Source: Candidatus Methylomirabilis oxygeniifera
Lineage (GTDB): Bacteria; Methylomirabilota; Methylomirabilia; Methylomirabilales; Methylomirabilaceae
Length of the DNA stretch: 32,000 bases
Reading direction: 5' to 3'
Assembly: GCA_000091165.1 (NCBI GenBank)
Contig: FP565575.1
Coordinates: 1,140,001 to 1,172,000 of the forward strand
The translations under genes were made by a program, and so were the position numbers. This document shows positions 9,038 through 18,897 of this stretch, piece after piece. The number at the start of each line of letters is the position of its first letter. Within the stretch, counting starts at the first letter, position 1. Below the pieces are notes generated by a model that was given only the letters and a program-made list of their open reading frames with translations, had not been told where the DNA came from and ran no database searches.

Positions 9038-9361
9038 TCACTGACTTAATTTTGCACTGGCAAGCCGATTCAGACTAACGCCAAACTCAGCGGCCTGGAT
9101 GGCCAGTTTCTGATGAACCTGAGGTGGAACCCGCACCATGAATTTGCCGCTGAAATGGCGGGACGATATCGGTTCGGGTATGGCCTCACCTTTTTTATGC
9201 ATATCCCTCATGACATCGTTAACCACTTTACGAATGCCTTTTAGGGCTGATTCCGGTGTTTTTGCCAGCCAACTAAGGCTGGGAAATTCAGCACAGAGAC
9301 CAGCATACTCGTTGTCGTCTTCAGACCATGTTACCCGGTAGGTGAATTTATCTTTTTTCAT
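9038..9361 (-). CDS. hicB: HicB-family antitoxin with a ribbon-helix-helix-like C-terminus
   Basis: YRVTWSEDDNEYAGLCAEFPSLSWLAKTPESALKGIRKVV...SGKFMVRVPPQVHQKLAIQAAEFGVSLNRLASAKL. Overlaps hicA by 14 bp. Confidence 0.85.
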   Translation of the reverse strand: MKKDKFTYRVTWSEDDNEYAGLCAEFPSLSWLAKTPESALKGIRKVVNDVMRDMHKKGEAIPEPISSRHFSGKFMVRVPPQVHQKLAIQAAEFGVSLNRLASAKLSQ

Positions 9362-9611
9362 GGGTGCGATCTACCTCCAATCTTTCTATTGCAAGAAGAA
9401 CCTGTCTAACCTGGTATGCTTTGGCGTTCCCCTTATCATTTTGAATATTTATTCTTGGATCGCCTTGCCACGGGGTTTTATAAATTCGATGACTGCTCCC
9501 TCCCTGGCGAGGTTCGCCGAAATAATGGTCGCACACTCTGCATAAATCGCTGAATCGCATATTCCGTGGATTTTGACGCATATGGCTGAGTGCGTCTTCT
9601 ATTGTACTCAT
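9348..9611 (-). CDS. hicA: HicA-like toxin (mRNA interferase family)
   Basis: RFSDLCRVCDHYFGEPRQGGSSHRIYKTPWQGDPRINIQNDKGNAKAYQVRQVLLAIERLE; small ORF paired with hicB. Confidence 0.75.
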   Translation of the reverse strand: MSTIEDALSHMRQNPRNMRFSDLCRVCDHYFGEPRQGGSSHRIYKTPWQGDPRINIQNDKGNAKAYQVRQVLLAIERLEVDRTHEKR

Positions 9612-9641
9612 GTATCTATAGTATCATTAGTGGTATCATTA
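9612..9641 (-). promoter_or_regulatory. Putative hicAB promoter/operator with repeated GTATC motifs
   Basis: On the + strand: GTATCTATA (9612), GTATCATTA (9621-9629), GTATCATTA (9633-9641), an AT-rich block directly upstream of the hicA start. Confidence 0.4.
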
Positions 9642-9694
9642 TCAAGGGCTATTTGTGATGGCGCTATGGGGAAGGAAAGAAGGAACGGTTAATC

Positions 9695-9725
9695 GAGTAG
9701 AGCCAGCTTTGTAGCTGGACTACTC
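9695..9725. repeat. Hairpin-forming inverted repeat
   Basis: GAGTAG-AG-CCAGCT-TTGT-AGCTGG-A-CTACTC; two perfect 6-bp stems. Confidence 0.6.
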
Positions 9726-9747
9726 TTAGCATAATCACGGTTGACTC

Positions 9748-10087
9748 GTGAATTGCCCCCGTTTCATGAGACTACCCATGCTGTCATCCCTACCTGGCCT
9801 GCCGGTGGCAGACTGGCGGCAGACAGACCTCTCCAAGGGGAAGAAAAGTGACTGACGATCTATTACGCCAAATCTGGGAGGCGGTCAAGCGCTTTTCGTG
9901 GCTTGCGGTGGTGAAGCGGGTATCAGGACTGGCTTTTCGAGGGAAAGCGTGGAGGTGTCCAGCAATCTATTACGGTCGGACAATCGCGTGGTTCGACCTG
10001 CTCACCACGGGCAACCGGAGCGGGAGAGAACGGGGAGAGCGCTTCGCCTACGCTCGCAATGACGCGGTAGACGGTTGGTCTCGCGCT
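9748..10087. repeat. Dispersed direct repeat, copy B, carrying an extra ~33 bp insert
   Basis: Same order of blocks as copy A (core 9816-9896); extra GGTTCGACCTGCTCACCACGGGCAACC segment at 9990-10016 absent from copy A. Confidence 0.9.
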
Positions 10088-10194
10088 ATGGAGGTTAATG
10101 CTCATGCGCGTGTGCCGCAGGCGTCTGAGGCATTGCTTCGCCCTTGCGCAATCGGGCTGCCTATGTTACGTTTCGAGCCGATCGCAGCCGAGTT

Positions 10195-10220
10195 GTCGGG
10201 TTACGCTGCGCTAACCCGAC
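10195..10220. repeat. Short palindromic repeat upstream of leuS
   Basis: GTCGGGTTA (10195-10203) - CGCTGCGC - TAACCCGAC (10212-10220), perfect 9-bp arms. Confidence 0.7.
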
Positions 10221-10295
10221 CTACGCCTGATTTTGGCATTCGACGCAAGGGACGCGGCAACGCAAGAGACCCGATAGACCTTTTCAAGGGAAGCC

Positions 10296-12890
10296 ATGGC
10301 GCGGGGTTACGACTTTAAAACAATCGAAGCGAAGTGGCAGCGGGTGTGGGAGGAAAGTGGCGCCTTCGCAGTTATGGAAGAGCCGGAGAGGCGCAAATTC
10401 TACCTCCTTGAGATGTATCCCTACCCGTCCGGCAGGATCCATATGGGCCACGTGCGTAACTATGCCATCGGCGACGTATTGGCTCGGTTTCTCCGGATGC
10501 GCGGGTATAACGTGTTACACCCGATGGGCTGGGACTCCTTCGGCCTGCCCGCTGAGAACGCCGCGATTGAACATCGCACGCAGCCGGCCAGGTGGACCAG
10601 CGACAATATCGCCTACATGCGTACCCAGCTTAAACGGATGGGGTTCTCCTACGATTGGCAGCGCGAAATCACCTGTAGTGATCCGGCCTACTATCGCTGG
10701 GGACAGTGGCTCTTTCTGAAGCTGTACGAGAAGGGGCTGGTCTACAAGAAATCATCCGCTGTCAACTGGTGTGAGGTCTGCCAGACTGTCCTGGCCAATG
10801 AGCAGGTTGAAGGGGGGCTCTGCTGGCGAGACGGAACGTCCGTTGTGCAGAAAGAGCTACCGGGATGGTTCTTCAGGATTACCGCGTATGCTGACGAATT
10901 GCTAAGCAGCTTGGATAATCTCTCCGGGTGGCCTGAGCCTGTCAAGGTGATGCAGCGCAACTGGATCGGCAAGAGCGTTGGAGCGGAGGTACGCTTCCCG
11001 CTGGCCGACCGGGAAGGCGCGCTGACCATCTTTACCACACGACAGGACACGCTCTTCGGGGTAACCTTCATGGTCCTGGCCCCGGAGCACCCGGACGCTC
11101 TTACCCTCGCGCAGGGCACGCCGCAGGAGCCGCAGGTGAGAGCCTTCATCGAACGGATTACCCGCGAGGATCGGCTGCAGCGTACAGCGACCGACGTCGA
11201 TAAGGAGGGGGTGTTCACGGGCGCCTATGCCATCAACCCGCTCACGCACGAGCGAATCCCTGTGTGGATCGGCAATTTCGTCCTGCTGGAGTATGGGACG
11301 GGCGCCATTATGGCGGTGCCGAGCAACGACCAGCGCGACTTTGAGTTCGCACAGAAGTATGGTCTGCCGGTCCGCTTGGCCGTGAAGCCTGTCGATGTTG
11401 ATCCGGATGAGCGTCACTTACAACAGGCCTATGAGGGTGAGGGGGTGCTGGTCAACTCCGGCCCATTTACCGGCATGGCCAGCCAACAGGCGCGCGAGGC
11501 GATCGCAGACTTCCTCGAGCGCGAGGCAATCGGGAAGCGAACGGTGAACTATCGGCTCCGCGACTGGGGAATCTCGCGACAGCGCTATTGGGGCAACCCG
11601 ATCCCGATCATCTACTGTGACGGGTGCAAGACGGTTCCGGTCCCGTACCGTGACCTGCCGGTCATCCTACCTCAGGACGTCCGGATTACAATGAAAGGCG
11701 GCTCCCCGCTTCGGAAGGTCGCTGAGTTTACCGACGTGCTGTGTCCACGGTGCGGCGGTCCCGCCAGGCGGGAGACCGATACGATGGACACCTTTGTCGA
11801 TTCGTCCTGGTATTTTCTTCGATTTACAAGTCCAAAAGACGAGGATGGACCGGTTACGCCTGCTCGCGTCAACTACTGGATGCCGGTCGATCAGTATATC
11901 GGGGGGATTGAGCATGCGGTGCTCCACCTGCTGTACGCACGCTTTTTTACCAAGGCAGTCCGCGATCTCGGTCTAATTGCTGTCGATGAGCCGTTTCGCC
12001 GGCTGTTGACGCAGGGTATGGTGTGCAAGGAGACGTACCGATGCGCAGAGCATGGCTTTCGATTACCCGAGGAGGTGGACGCTTCGTCCTGCTGTCGCGC
12101 GTGCGGTCGTCCGGTGAAGATCGGGCGCATCGAGAAGATGTCGAAATCGAAAAAGAACGTCGTCGATCCCGAAGATCTCTTGACGCAATACGGGGCCGAT
12201 ACTGCCCGCATATTCTGTCTGTTCGCCGCCCCACCGGAGAGGGATCTGGAGTGGTCCGACCAGGGTGTCGAGGGATCATTCCGATTTTTGTGTCGGATCG
12301 TCCGTCTCATCGAAGATCAGGAGGCGCTTCTCAAAGAGCCTAATCCATCTATCGCGTTTCAGAAGCTTATTGCGGGTCGCGCCTTATACCGAAAGGCCCA
12401 GCAGACAATCAAACGGGTCACAGAGGATATCGAGGACGACTTTCACTTCAACACCGCTATCAGCGCCCTCATGGAGTTGGCTAACGAGATCGGCCGCTTT
12501 GAGTTGGTAGGCTCTGCGGACGACGCTGATGAGCGGCGCGTTGCCTACAGCTATGCGGTCGAGACCCTTTTGCTGCTGCTGTCACCCTTTGCACCGCATT
12601 TGTGCGAGGAGCTGTGGGAACGACTTGGTCATGACGGGAGTATCTTTCAGGCGCCATGGCCGTCCTACGATCCCGCCATCATTACGGCCGAGGAGATTGT
12701 GGTGGTGGTTCAGATCGACGGGAAGGTCCGCAGTCGGCTCGTCATGCCGGCCGATGCCGACGATACCGCCATGCGTGAGGCAGCTCTTTCGGATGAGCGG
12801 GTCAAGGGGTGGCTTGAGGACAGACCGATCCGGAAGGTCGTAGTCGTGCCGAGGAAGCTGGTGAATATTGTAACCGGGGGAGTCCGATGA
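10296..12890 (+). CDS. leuS: Leucyl-tRNA synthetase
   Basis: [20 protein letters not shown]..., [22 protein letters not shown] (HIGH-type), [13 protein letters not shown], editing domain [24 protein letters not shown] (KMSKS). Confidence 0.98.
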   Translation: MARGYDFKTIEAKWQRVWEESGAFAVMEEPERRKFYLLEMYPYPSGRIHMGHVRNYAIGDVLARFLRMRGYNVLHPMGWDSFGLPAENAAIEHRTQPARWTSDNIAYMRTQLKRMGFSYDWQREITCSDPAYYRWGQWLFLKLYEKGLVYKKSSAVNWCEVCQTVLANEQVEGGLCWRDGTSVVQKELPGWFFRITAYADELLSSLDNLSGWPEPVKVMQRNWIGKSVGAEVRFPLADREGALTIFTTRQDTLFGVTFMVLAPEHPDALTLAQGTPQEPQVRAFIERITREDRLQRTATDVDKEGVFTGAYAINPLTHERIPVWIGNFVLLEYGTGAIMAVPSNDQRDFEFAQKYGLPVRLAVKPVDVDPDERHLQQAYEGEGVLVNSGPFTGMASQQAREAIADFLEREAIGKRTVNYRLRDWGISRQRYWGNPIPIIYCDGCKTVPVPYRDLPVILPQDVRITMKGGSPLRKVAEFTDVLCPRCGGPARRETDTMDTFVDSSWYFLRFTSPKDEDGPVTPARVNYWMPVDQYIGGIEHAVLHLLYARFFTKAVRDLGLIAVDEPFRRLLTQGMVCKETYRCAEHGFRLPEEVDASSCCRACGRPVKIGRIEKMSKSKKNVVDPEDLLTQYGADTARIFCLFAAPPERDLEWSDQGVEGSFRFLCRIVRLIEDQEALLKEPNPSIAFQKLIAGRALYRKAQQTIKRVTEDIEDDFHFNTAISALMELANEIGRFELVGSADDADERRVAYSYAVETLLLLLSPFAPHLCEELWERLGHDGSIFQAPWPSYDPAIITAEEIVVVVQIDGKVRSRLVMPADADDTAMREAALSDERVKGWLEDRPIRKVVVVPRKLVNIVTGGVR

Positions 12891-13393
12891 GAACAATCGT
12901 ATGCATGGCGGTACTATTGATGCTGGCTGGATGCGGCTATCGATCGGTAGGTTCCGGAGAGGTGAACGCTCTTCAGTCATCCGTAAAGACGATCAGCATC
13001 GGGATTGTCAAGAATCGAACCTTCCGTCCTACCATTCAGCCGGCCCTAAGAGATGCACTCATTCGTCGACTTGTGGCCGACGGCCGGATCAAAGTTGTAG
13101 AGGAGGGCGCCGACGCCATTTTAGAGGGAGCCATTGAAGGATTCGGCGAAGAACCGCTCGCCTTCGGTTCCGCGGATACGGCCAAGCGCCTGCGAATGAG
13201 CATTTCGTTCTCCTTCACAGTGAAAAATCGATCGGAGGATAAGGTGCTTCTCCGGGACGGCGTCACAGGTGTGGCCTATTACTTTACCGGAACGGGCCTC
13301 GCTGAGACCAGGACGGCCGAGGATGAGGCGACGCTTCGCGCGGTGACGGATCTGGCCGAGCAGGTCGTCAGTCGACTGATCGATGGGGTATAA
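12887..13393 (+). CDS. lptE: LPS-assembly lipoprotein LptE
   Basis: Lipobox [10 protein letters not shown]; [31 protein letters not shown]; located between leuS and holA. Confidence 0.82.
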   Translation: MRTIVCMAVLLMLAGCGYRSVGSGEVNALQSSVKTISIGIVKNRTFRPTIQPALRDALIRRLVADGRIKVVEEGADAILEGAIEGFGEEPLAFGSADTAKRLRMSISFSFTVKNRSEDKVLLRDGVTGVAYYFTGTGLAETRTAEDEATLRAVTDLAEQVVSRLIDGV

Positions 13394-14400
13394 TGGGGCG
13401 CGGGATCAGGAAAAGCTACTCAGTTGCCGAACAAGTCCGTAGAGGGGAGGTTGCGCCGGTCTATTGTCTCTACGGAGAGGAAGAGTATCGTCGGGAACAG
13501 ACGCTGAACCAGCTCCTCGACGCATTGCTGACGAAAGATGCGAGAGACCTGAATCTCGACCAGATTCGGCCAGGGGAGACCGGGGCGCCATCGATTCTAG
13601 GGAGTGTGCGCACTCTACCGTTTCTGGCATTGCGGCGGGTGGTTTTGATCCGAGGCGTCGAGGAGCTGTCGCGTGAGCAGCAGGAGGAGCTGCTTGCCTA
13701 TCTCAACGACCCCTGCCCCACGAGCTGTCTTGTGCTGACAGCGAGACGTCTTGACCTCCGGACCCGACTGGCCGCGGCATTACAAAAAAAAGGCGTACTG
13801 CTTCGCTTTGACCGGTTGGAGGCAGATTCATTGAAGGACTCTCTCCTGGCAGCGGCTGACGACCGTGGCGTGCGGCTGCACCCGGACGCGATCGGCCTGC
13901 TTCTGGCCCTGGTTGGGGACGATTTCCGGCAGTTAATCTACAATATAGAGAAGGTCGCGCTTTTCGTTGGCGAGCGCGAGGAGATACGCGCGAACGATAT
14001 CGAAGCCATGGTTGGTGAGACCCGGGTGAGATCGATCTTTCAACTGACCGACGCCGTGTCAAGCAGGAACCTGGATATGGCTCTTCGTTGCCTGACAGGT
14101 CTATTGGAGAGTGGGGAAGAGCCCCTGGCTATTATCGGCATGCTCGCCCGTCAGATCCGTCTGTTAGTCCGGGCAAAAGCACTGCAAGAGCAGAAGGTTC
14201 CGGTCAGTAGGATGACCCAGGAGTTTCATCTACCGCCTCGCGTCGTTGTTGCCTTGGCAGAGCAGAGTTCTTCACGTTCATGGCGGCAATTAACGGATGC
14301 GCTCCAGTCGCTCTCGGGGACCGACGTGGTCATCAAAACCGGGAGATCTGCGGCTCCCGTCGCCTTGAGCGGATTAGTCTGGAACCTTTGCCGGGCGTGA
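13393..14400 (+). CDS. holA: DNA polymerase III subunit delta
   Basis: VYCLYGEEEYRREQTLNQLLDALL..., DDFRQLIYNIEKVALFVGEREEIRANDIEAMV, AIIGMLARQIRLLVRAKALQEQ. Confidence 0.93.
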   Translation: MGRGIRKSYSVAEQVRRGEVAPVYCLYGEEEYRREQTLNQLLDALLTKDARDLNLDQIRPGETGAPSILGSVRTLPFLALRRVVLIRGVEELSREQQEELLAYLNDPCPTSCLVLTARRLDLRTRLAAALQKKGVLLRFDRLEADSLKDSLLAAADDRGVRLHPDAIGLLLALVGDDFRQLIYNIEKVALFVGEREEIRANDIEAMVGETRVRSIFQLTDAVSSRNLDMALRCLTGLLESGEEPLAIIGMLARQIRLLVRAKALQEQKVPVSRMTQEFHLPPRVVVALAEQSSSRSWRQLTDALQSLSGTDVVIKTGRSAAPVALSGLVWNLCRA

Positions 14401-14403
14401 GTC

Positions 14404-14676
14404 CTACGACGATTGCGGGAGGGCGTGAACCTGGCGAGCGAGTCGTGACTTGTAGCGGGCCGCGGCGTTCTTATGGATAAAACCTTTACTGGCGGCTCGA
14501 TCAATGGTCGGCACAGCCTGCAAGAATGCCTTCTCCGCAGCATCCCGGTCACTTCCCTCAATCCCCGTTCGCACCTTTTTGATCACCGTCTTCAGGGTGC
14601 TCTTTGCCGCGCGATTGCGCAACCGTCGCTTCAGGCTTTGCCGCATGTGCTTCTGTGCTGACTTGGTGATTGGCAT
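14404..14676 (-). CDS. rpsT: 30S ribosomal protein S20 (start refined)
   Basis: [35 protein letters not shown]...[21 protein letters not shown]; ATG at 14676. Confidence 0.96.
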   Translation of the reverse strand: MPITKSAQKHMRQSLKRRLRNRAAKSTLKTVIKKVRTGIEGSDRDAAEKAFLQAVPTIDRAASKGFIHKNAAARYKSRLARQVHALPQSS

Positions 14677-14781
14677 CGTTTCGTTTCTCCTTTGTCGCGT
14701 GTCGTATCTATTTGCTATGCGGAAGGGTCCAACGCGCTGTTTATTAAAAAGGAACGGCGCTTCGTTGTCAAGGAATTTCTG

Positions 14782-16384
14782 ATGGAGCAAGAACGTCCCG
14801 GGAGAATCGCACGAGCCGCCGGCGTGGTGAGTGGGGCCACCCTGTTAAGTCGTATTCTTGGCTTTCTCCGCGATCTGATCATTGCGAGGTCATTCGGCGC
14901 CGGAACCGCAACCGATGCCTTCTTTGCCGCCTTCCGCCTCCCCAATATGTTGCGGGAGCTGCTGGGGGGAGGGGGCCCTCTCGGCGGCGTTTATCCCGGT
15001 CTTCACCGAATCGTTCAGAACGCGCGGACGTGAGGGCGCCTGGCGATTGGCACGGACTGTCTTGATGCTGCTGGCGCTGCTGCTCGTAGCGGTCTCCATC
15101 GCCGGTATCCTGCTTGCGCCGTGGTTGATCCGAGTCATCGCCCCCGGTTTCCAAGCCATCCCGTCAAAACTTGACCTTGCCGTCTCTCTGACGCGGATGA
15201 TGTTCCCCTATATCTTTTTTATCGGGTTGGCCGCGCTTTTCATGGCGATTTTGAATTCGCAGGGTCACTTCGCCGCCCCGGCGCTGTCGCCCACTGTACT
15301 CAACATCGCCATGATCGTGTGCGCCTTCTATCTGACGCCTTATGTAGACCCGCCGATCGAGGCGCTCGCTATCGGTGTCCTCATTGGCGGCGCGGGTCAG
15401 CTTCTGGTTCAAATTCCCGCGATCTGGAGGCGGAGCAGGGGAACCCACTGGGGTATTGATATTAGCGATCCGGCCGTCGGCCGGATCGGGCGTCTTATGG
15501 TGCCCGGGGTCGCAGGACTGGCCATTACACAGGTGAACGTCTTCATCGGGACCTTACTCGCCTCACTGATGGGGGAGGGTGGAATTTCGGTCCTGTACTA
15601 CGCGTTTCGACTAATCCAACTCCCGATCGGTCTTTTTGGAGTAGCGATTGCGACGGCGGCCTTTCCCACCATGGCCAGGCAGGCAGCCGATCGTTCCCTT
15701 GGAGAGGTCGCAGCAACCGTGGCCTATGCGATTCGCCTTGTCTTGTTTGTCACGCTACCGGCTATGGTGGGTCTGATAATATTCAGAGTCCCGATCGTTC
15801 AGCTCCTGTTTGAGCGGGGCGCCTTTGACCGAACCGTGACCCTCGCCACCGCCGAGGTCGTACTGTTTTATGCCGTCGGTCTTGGGGCCTATGTGTCCAA
15901 TCGCATTCTCGTGCCGGCCTTCTACTCGCTTCAGGATACGACGACGCCGGTCAAGATCGGGATGGTAACCGTCATGGTCAACATTGCGTCATCTCTCCTG
16001 CTGATGCGGCCCATGGGACTAGCCGGCCTGGCCCTCGCGACGGCTCTCTCCTCCTTCGTAAACCTCGGTCTCCTGCTGATCGCCCTACAGCGCCGCCTGG
16101 GGCGGCTCAACGGGTTACGCGTTCGTTCGCTCGCACAGACAACCGGGGCTGCCGCCGTCATGGCTCTGATCAGCGTATCGCTCGTCTACCTTCGTGATCC
16201 GCTGACGGTTGAACCGTTCCTCTATCGCGCCGCGGTGCTCTCGTTTGAGCTTGCAATAAGCCTCGCCGTCTTCATTGGAGCCGCCGCCTGCATGGGTTCT
16301 GAAGAGTTGAGGGGCTTAGTGCGAGGACTGACCGGCCGACGTCGAGAGGCAAGAAGCGAAGGATCCGAGGAAGATTGTCATTGA
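14782..16384 (+). pseudogene. murJ: Lipid II flippase MurJ, split by an apparent frameshift (parts 14782-~14969 and ~14965-16384)
   Basis: ORF 14692..15033 gives [65 protein letters not shown] 14882..16384 continues in another frame with [26 protein letters not shown].... The join is at a G6 run, 14964-14969. Confidence 0.88.
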
Positions 16385-16524
16385 CGGTAAGAGGGGGATA
16401 TGCTAAAAAATCTAAGGAAAAGTAGGTAGATAGACTGGAAGCCGAAGATGTTTGAGTTTTACCCATCGGCCTTCAGTCTTCAGCCTAAACCCCTGGCGTT
16501 TATTGTGGGTGGGGAGACGAGGTC

Positions 16525-18267
16525 ATGAAATTGACGGGATCGGAGATATTACTGAGGAGTCTGGCCGAGGAGGGCGTTGATACTGTCTTCGGTATGCCGG
16601 GTGGCGTGATCCTGCATACATATGACGTGATGACCGATGCCGCCGTTGGCTCGAAGATCCGGCATATCCTCTGCCGTCATGAGCAGGGCGCGACGCACGC
16701 GGCAGAAGGATATTATAAGGCCAGCGGTAAGGTGGGGACGGTGATGGTGACCTCCGGGCCGGGGGCCTGCAATACCGTGACGGGCGTGACCGATGCCTTG
16801 CTGGACTCCATGGCCATTGTGGTCTTTACCGGTCAGGTGCCGACAACAGCCATGGGCTGCGACGCCTTTCAGGAAGCCGACGTCGTCGGTACCACGCGCA
16901 CCTGCACCAAGCACAACTTCCTCGCCCTCAAGACCGAGGACATCCCACGGATCGTCAAGGAGGCCTACTACATCGCACGCTCCGGCCGACCAGGGCCGGT
17001 GCTGGTGGACCTTCCGAAGAACGTGATTATGGGACGCGCAGAGTATCGCGGTCATCCGCAAGAACTGAACATTCGCGGCTACAAGCCGACCACTCAAGGG
17101 CATGCCGGTCAGATCAAGCGAGCGGTTGAATTGATGCGGACCGCCAAGCGGCCGCTCATATACGGGGGCGGGGGGATCATTCACTCGGAGGCGTACGAAG
17201 AGCTCCGCGAGCTGGTCGATATGACCCAGATCCCGGTTGTGCTGACGTTGATGGGTTTAGGCGCCTTCAACACATCCGATCCGCGCTGGCTCGGCATGGT
17301 GGGCATGCACGGAACCTATTGGTCAAATATGGCCATGATTCACTGCGACCTGATGATCGCCATCGGATCTCGATTTAGCGATCGGGTGACCGGGAGGCTG
17401 TCCGAATTCGGCAAACAATGCAAGATTATCCATATCGACATCGATCCGACCTCCATCAGAAAAACGGTACATGTGGATGTTCCGATTGTGGGTGATGTCA
17501 AGCAGGTGTTGGGTGAACTCAACAAAGCCGTCGGCCAGGTGGAACGACACTGGACCGACGACTTTGAGGAGTGGTATGCGCAGATCGCGGAATGGAAGTC
17601 GAAACACCCGCTGCGGTATGGCCCGATGCAGGATGTGATCAAGCCGCAGTATGCCATCGATATGGTCTTTGAGGTCAGTGAGGACATGAACCCGATTGTC
17701 GCGACCGGCGTGGGCCAGCACCAGATGTGGGCGGCGCAACGCTATCGAGGGCACAGGCCGCGCCGGTGGCTGACCTCAGGCGGTCTTGGAACGATGGGTT
17801 ACGGGTTTCCCGCGGCTATGGGCGCCCAGGCGGCGTTCCCGAACGATTTAGTGATCTGCATCGATGGTGACGGCAGCTTCCAGATGACCAATCAGGACCT
17901 GATCACCTGCGTGGAAAATAATCTGCCCGTCAAGGTGGTGATTATCAACAACGGCTATCTCGGGATGGTTCGGCAGTGGCAGGAGCTCTTTTTTAACCGG
18001 CGATACTCTCAGGTGGACCTGACGATCCAGCCGAACTTTGTGAAGCTCGCCGAGGCGTATGGAGCAACCGGTCTTCGCGCCAAGCATCCGGATGAGGTCA
18101 AGTCCGTCCTGGAGAAGGCCTTCGCCACGCCGGGACCGGTTATCGTGGACATCGCCACAGAGCGTGAAGAAAATTGCCTTCCCATGATTCCGCCCGGTGG
18201 AGCGATTAAGGACATTATCGACTACGGTGATCCGATTCCGGAGAAGCTGTTTCAAGGTCTGCGATGA
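16525..18267 (+). CDS. ilvB: Acetolactate synthase large subunit
   Basis: MKLTGSEILLRSLAEEGVDTVFGMPGGVILHTYDVM..., VMVTSGPGACNTVTG, CIDGDGSFQMTNQDLITC; followed by ilvN with a 4-bp overlap. Confidence 0.97.
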   Translation: MKLTGSEILLRSLAEEGVDTVFGMPGGVILHTYDVMTDAAVGSKIRHILCRHEQGATHAAEGYYKASGKVGTVMVTSGPGACNTVTGVTDALLDSMAIVVFTGQVPTTAMGCDAFQEADVVGTTRTCTKHNFLALKTEDIPRIVKEAYYIARSGRPGPVLVDLPKNVIMGRAEYRGHPQELNIRGYKPTTQGHAGQIKRAVELMRTAKRPLIYGGGGIIHSEAYEELRELVDMTQIPVVLTLMGLGAFNTSDPRWLGMVGMHGTYWSNMAMIHCDLMIAIGSRFSDRVTGRLSEFGKQCKIIHIDIDPTSIRKTVHVDVPIVGDVKQVLGELNKAVGQVERHWTDDFEEWYAQIAEWKSKHPLRYGPMQDVIKPQYAIDMVFEVSEDMNPIVATGVGQHQMWAAQRYRGHRPRRWLTSGGLGTMGYGFPAAMGAQAAFPNDLVICIDGDGSFQMTNQDLITCVENNLPVKVVIINNGYLGMVRQWQELFFNRRYSQVDLTIQPNFVKLAEAYGATGLRAKHPDEVKSVLEKAFATPGPVIVDIATEREENCLPMIPPGGAIKDIIDYGDPIPEKLFQGLR

Positions 18268-18881
18268 GAGAGAAAACCACGACGACACCGAAAGAGGCGA
18301 AGGCGCGTCATATCATCACCCTGCTCGTGGAAAACCACGCGGGCGTCCTCGCGCGTGTCGCCGCTCTTATTGCCGCAAAAGGGTATAACATCGATAGTCT
18401 CACCGTGGGGGAGACCATGGATCCATCCATCTCCAGGATGACTCTTGTGGTGAGGGGAGACGACTCGGTGGTGGAGCAGGCGGTCAAGCAGTTGAATCGG
18501 CTGATTGACGTGATCCGTGTCACTGACCTGACCGGTGAAGAGTTCGTCGAGCGTGAGCTGGTGCTTGTGAAGGTGAAAGCCAAACCGGAGGCAAAGGCTG
18601 AGATCCTTCGGATCGCCGATATTTTTCGGGCCAAGGTGGTGGATGTGGCGCCCGTTTCGTACATGCTGGAGCTGACCGGCGCCGAGGATAAGTTGAACGC
18701 CTTTGTTGAACTTCTCAGGCCGTACGGCATTCAGGAGTTTGCGAGGACGGGCATGACGGTGATGACCAGAGGCAGCAAAACGCTGAGTAAACAGACCGAA
18801 GAGATGTGGAAGGAACCGGACACCAAGCTTGTCCGCGACTCCGGTCGAGGAAAGGTGGTTGGGCTCGTCGAGAAGGGGTGA
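18264..18881 (+). CDS. ilvN: Acetolactate synthase small subunit
   Basis: [49 protein letters not shown] (ACT domain). Confidence 0.96.
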   Translation: MREKTTTTPKEAKARHIITLLVENHAGVLARVAALIAAKGYNIDSLTVGETMDPSISRMTLVVRGDDSVVEQAVKQLNRLIDVIRVTDLTGEEFVERELVLVKVKAKPEAKAEILRIADIFRAKVVDVAPVSYMLELTGAEDKLNAFVELLRPYGIQEFARTGMTVMTRGSKTLSKQTEEMWKEPDTKLVRDSGRGKVVGLVEKG

Positions 18882-18897
18882 GGGGGATGGAGGGCAG

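Noticed and set aside
8496-10087. CRISPR array or retron-like structure around the direct repeats
   Set aside because: Only two long, diverged repeats with no regular short spacers and no cas or reverse-transcriptase-like ORF nearby.
9848-10318. 156-aa ORF on + strand before leuS
   Set aside because: It spans repeat copy B and the palindromic leader and overlaps the leuS start; not protein-like.
16385-16524. Possible T-box or leader-peptide attenuator upstream of ilvB
   Set aside because: I could not find a specifier/T-box consensus, a run of branched-chain codons, or a convincing terminator/antiterminator pair in this gap.
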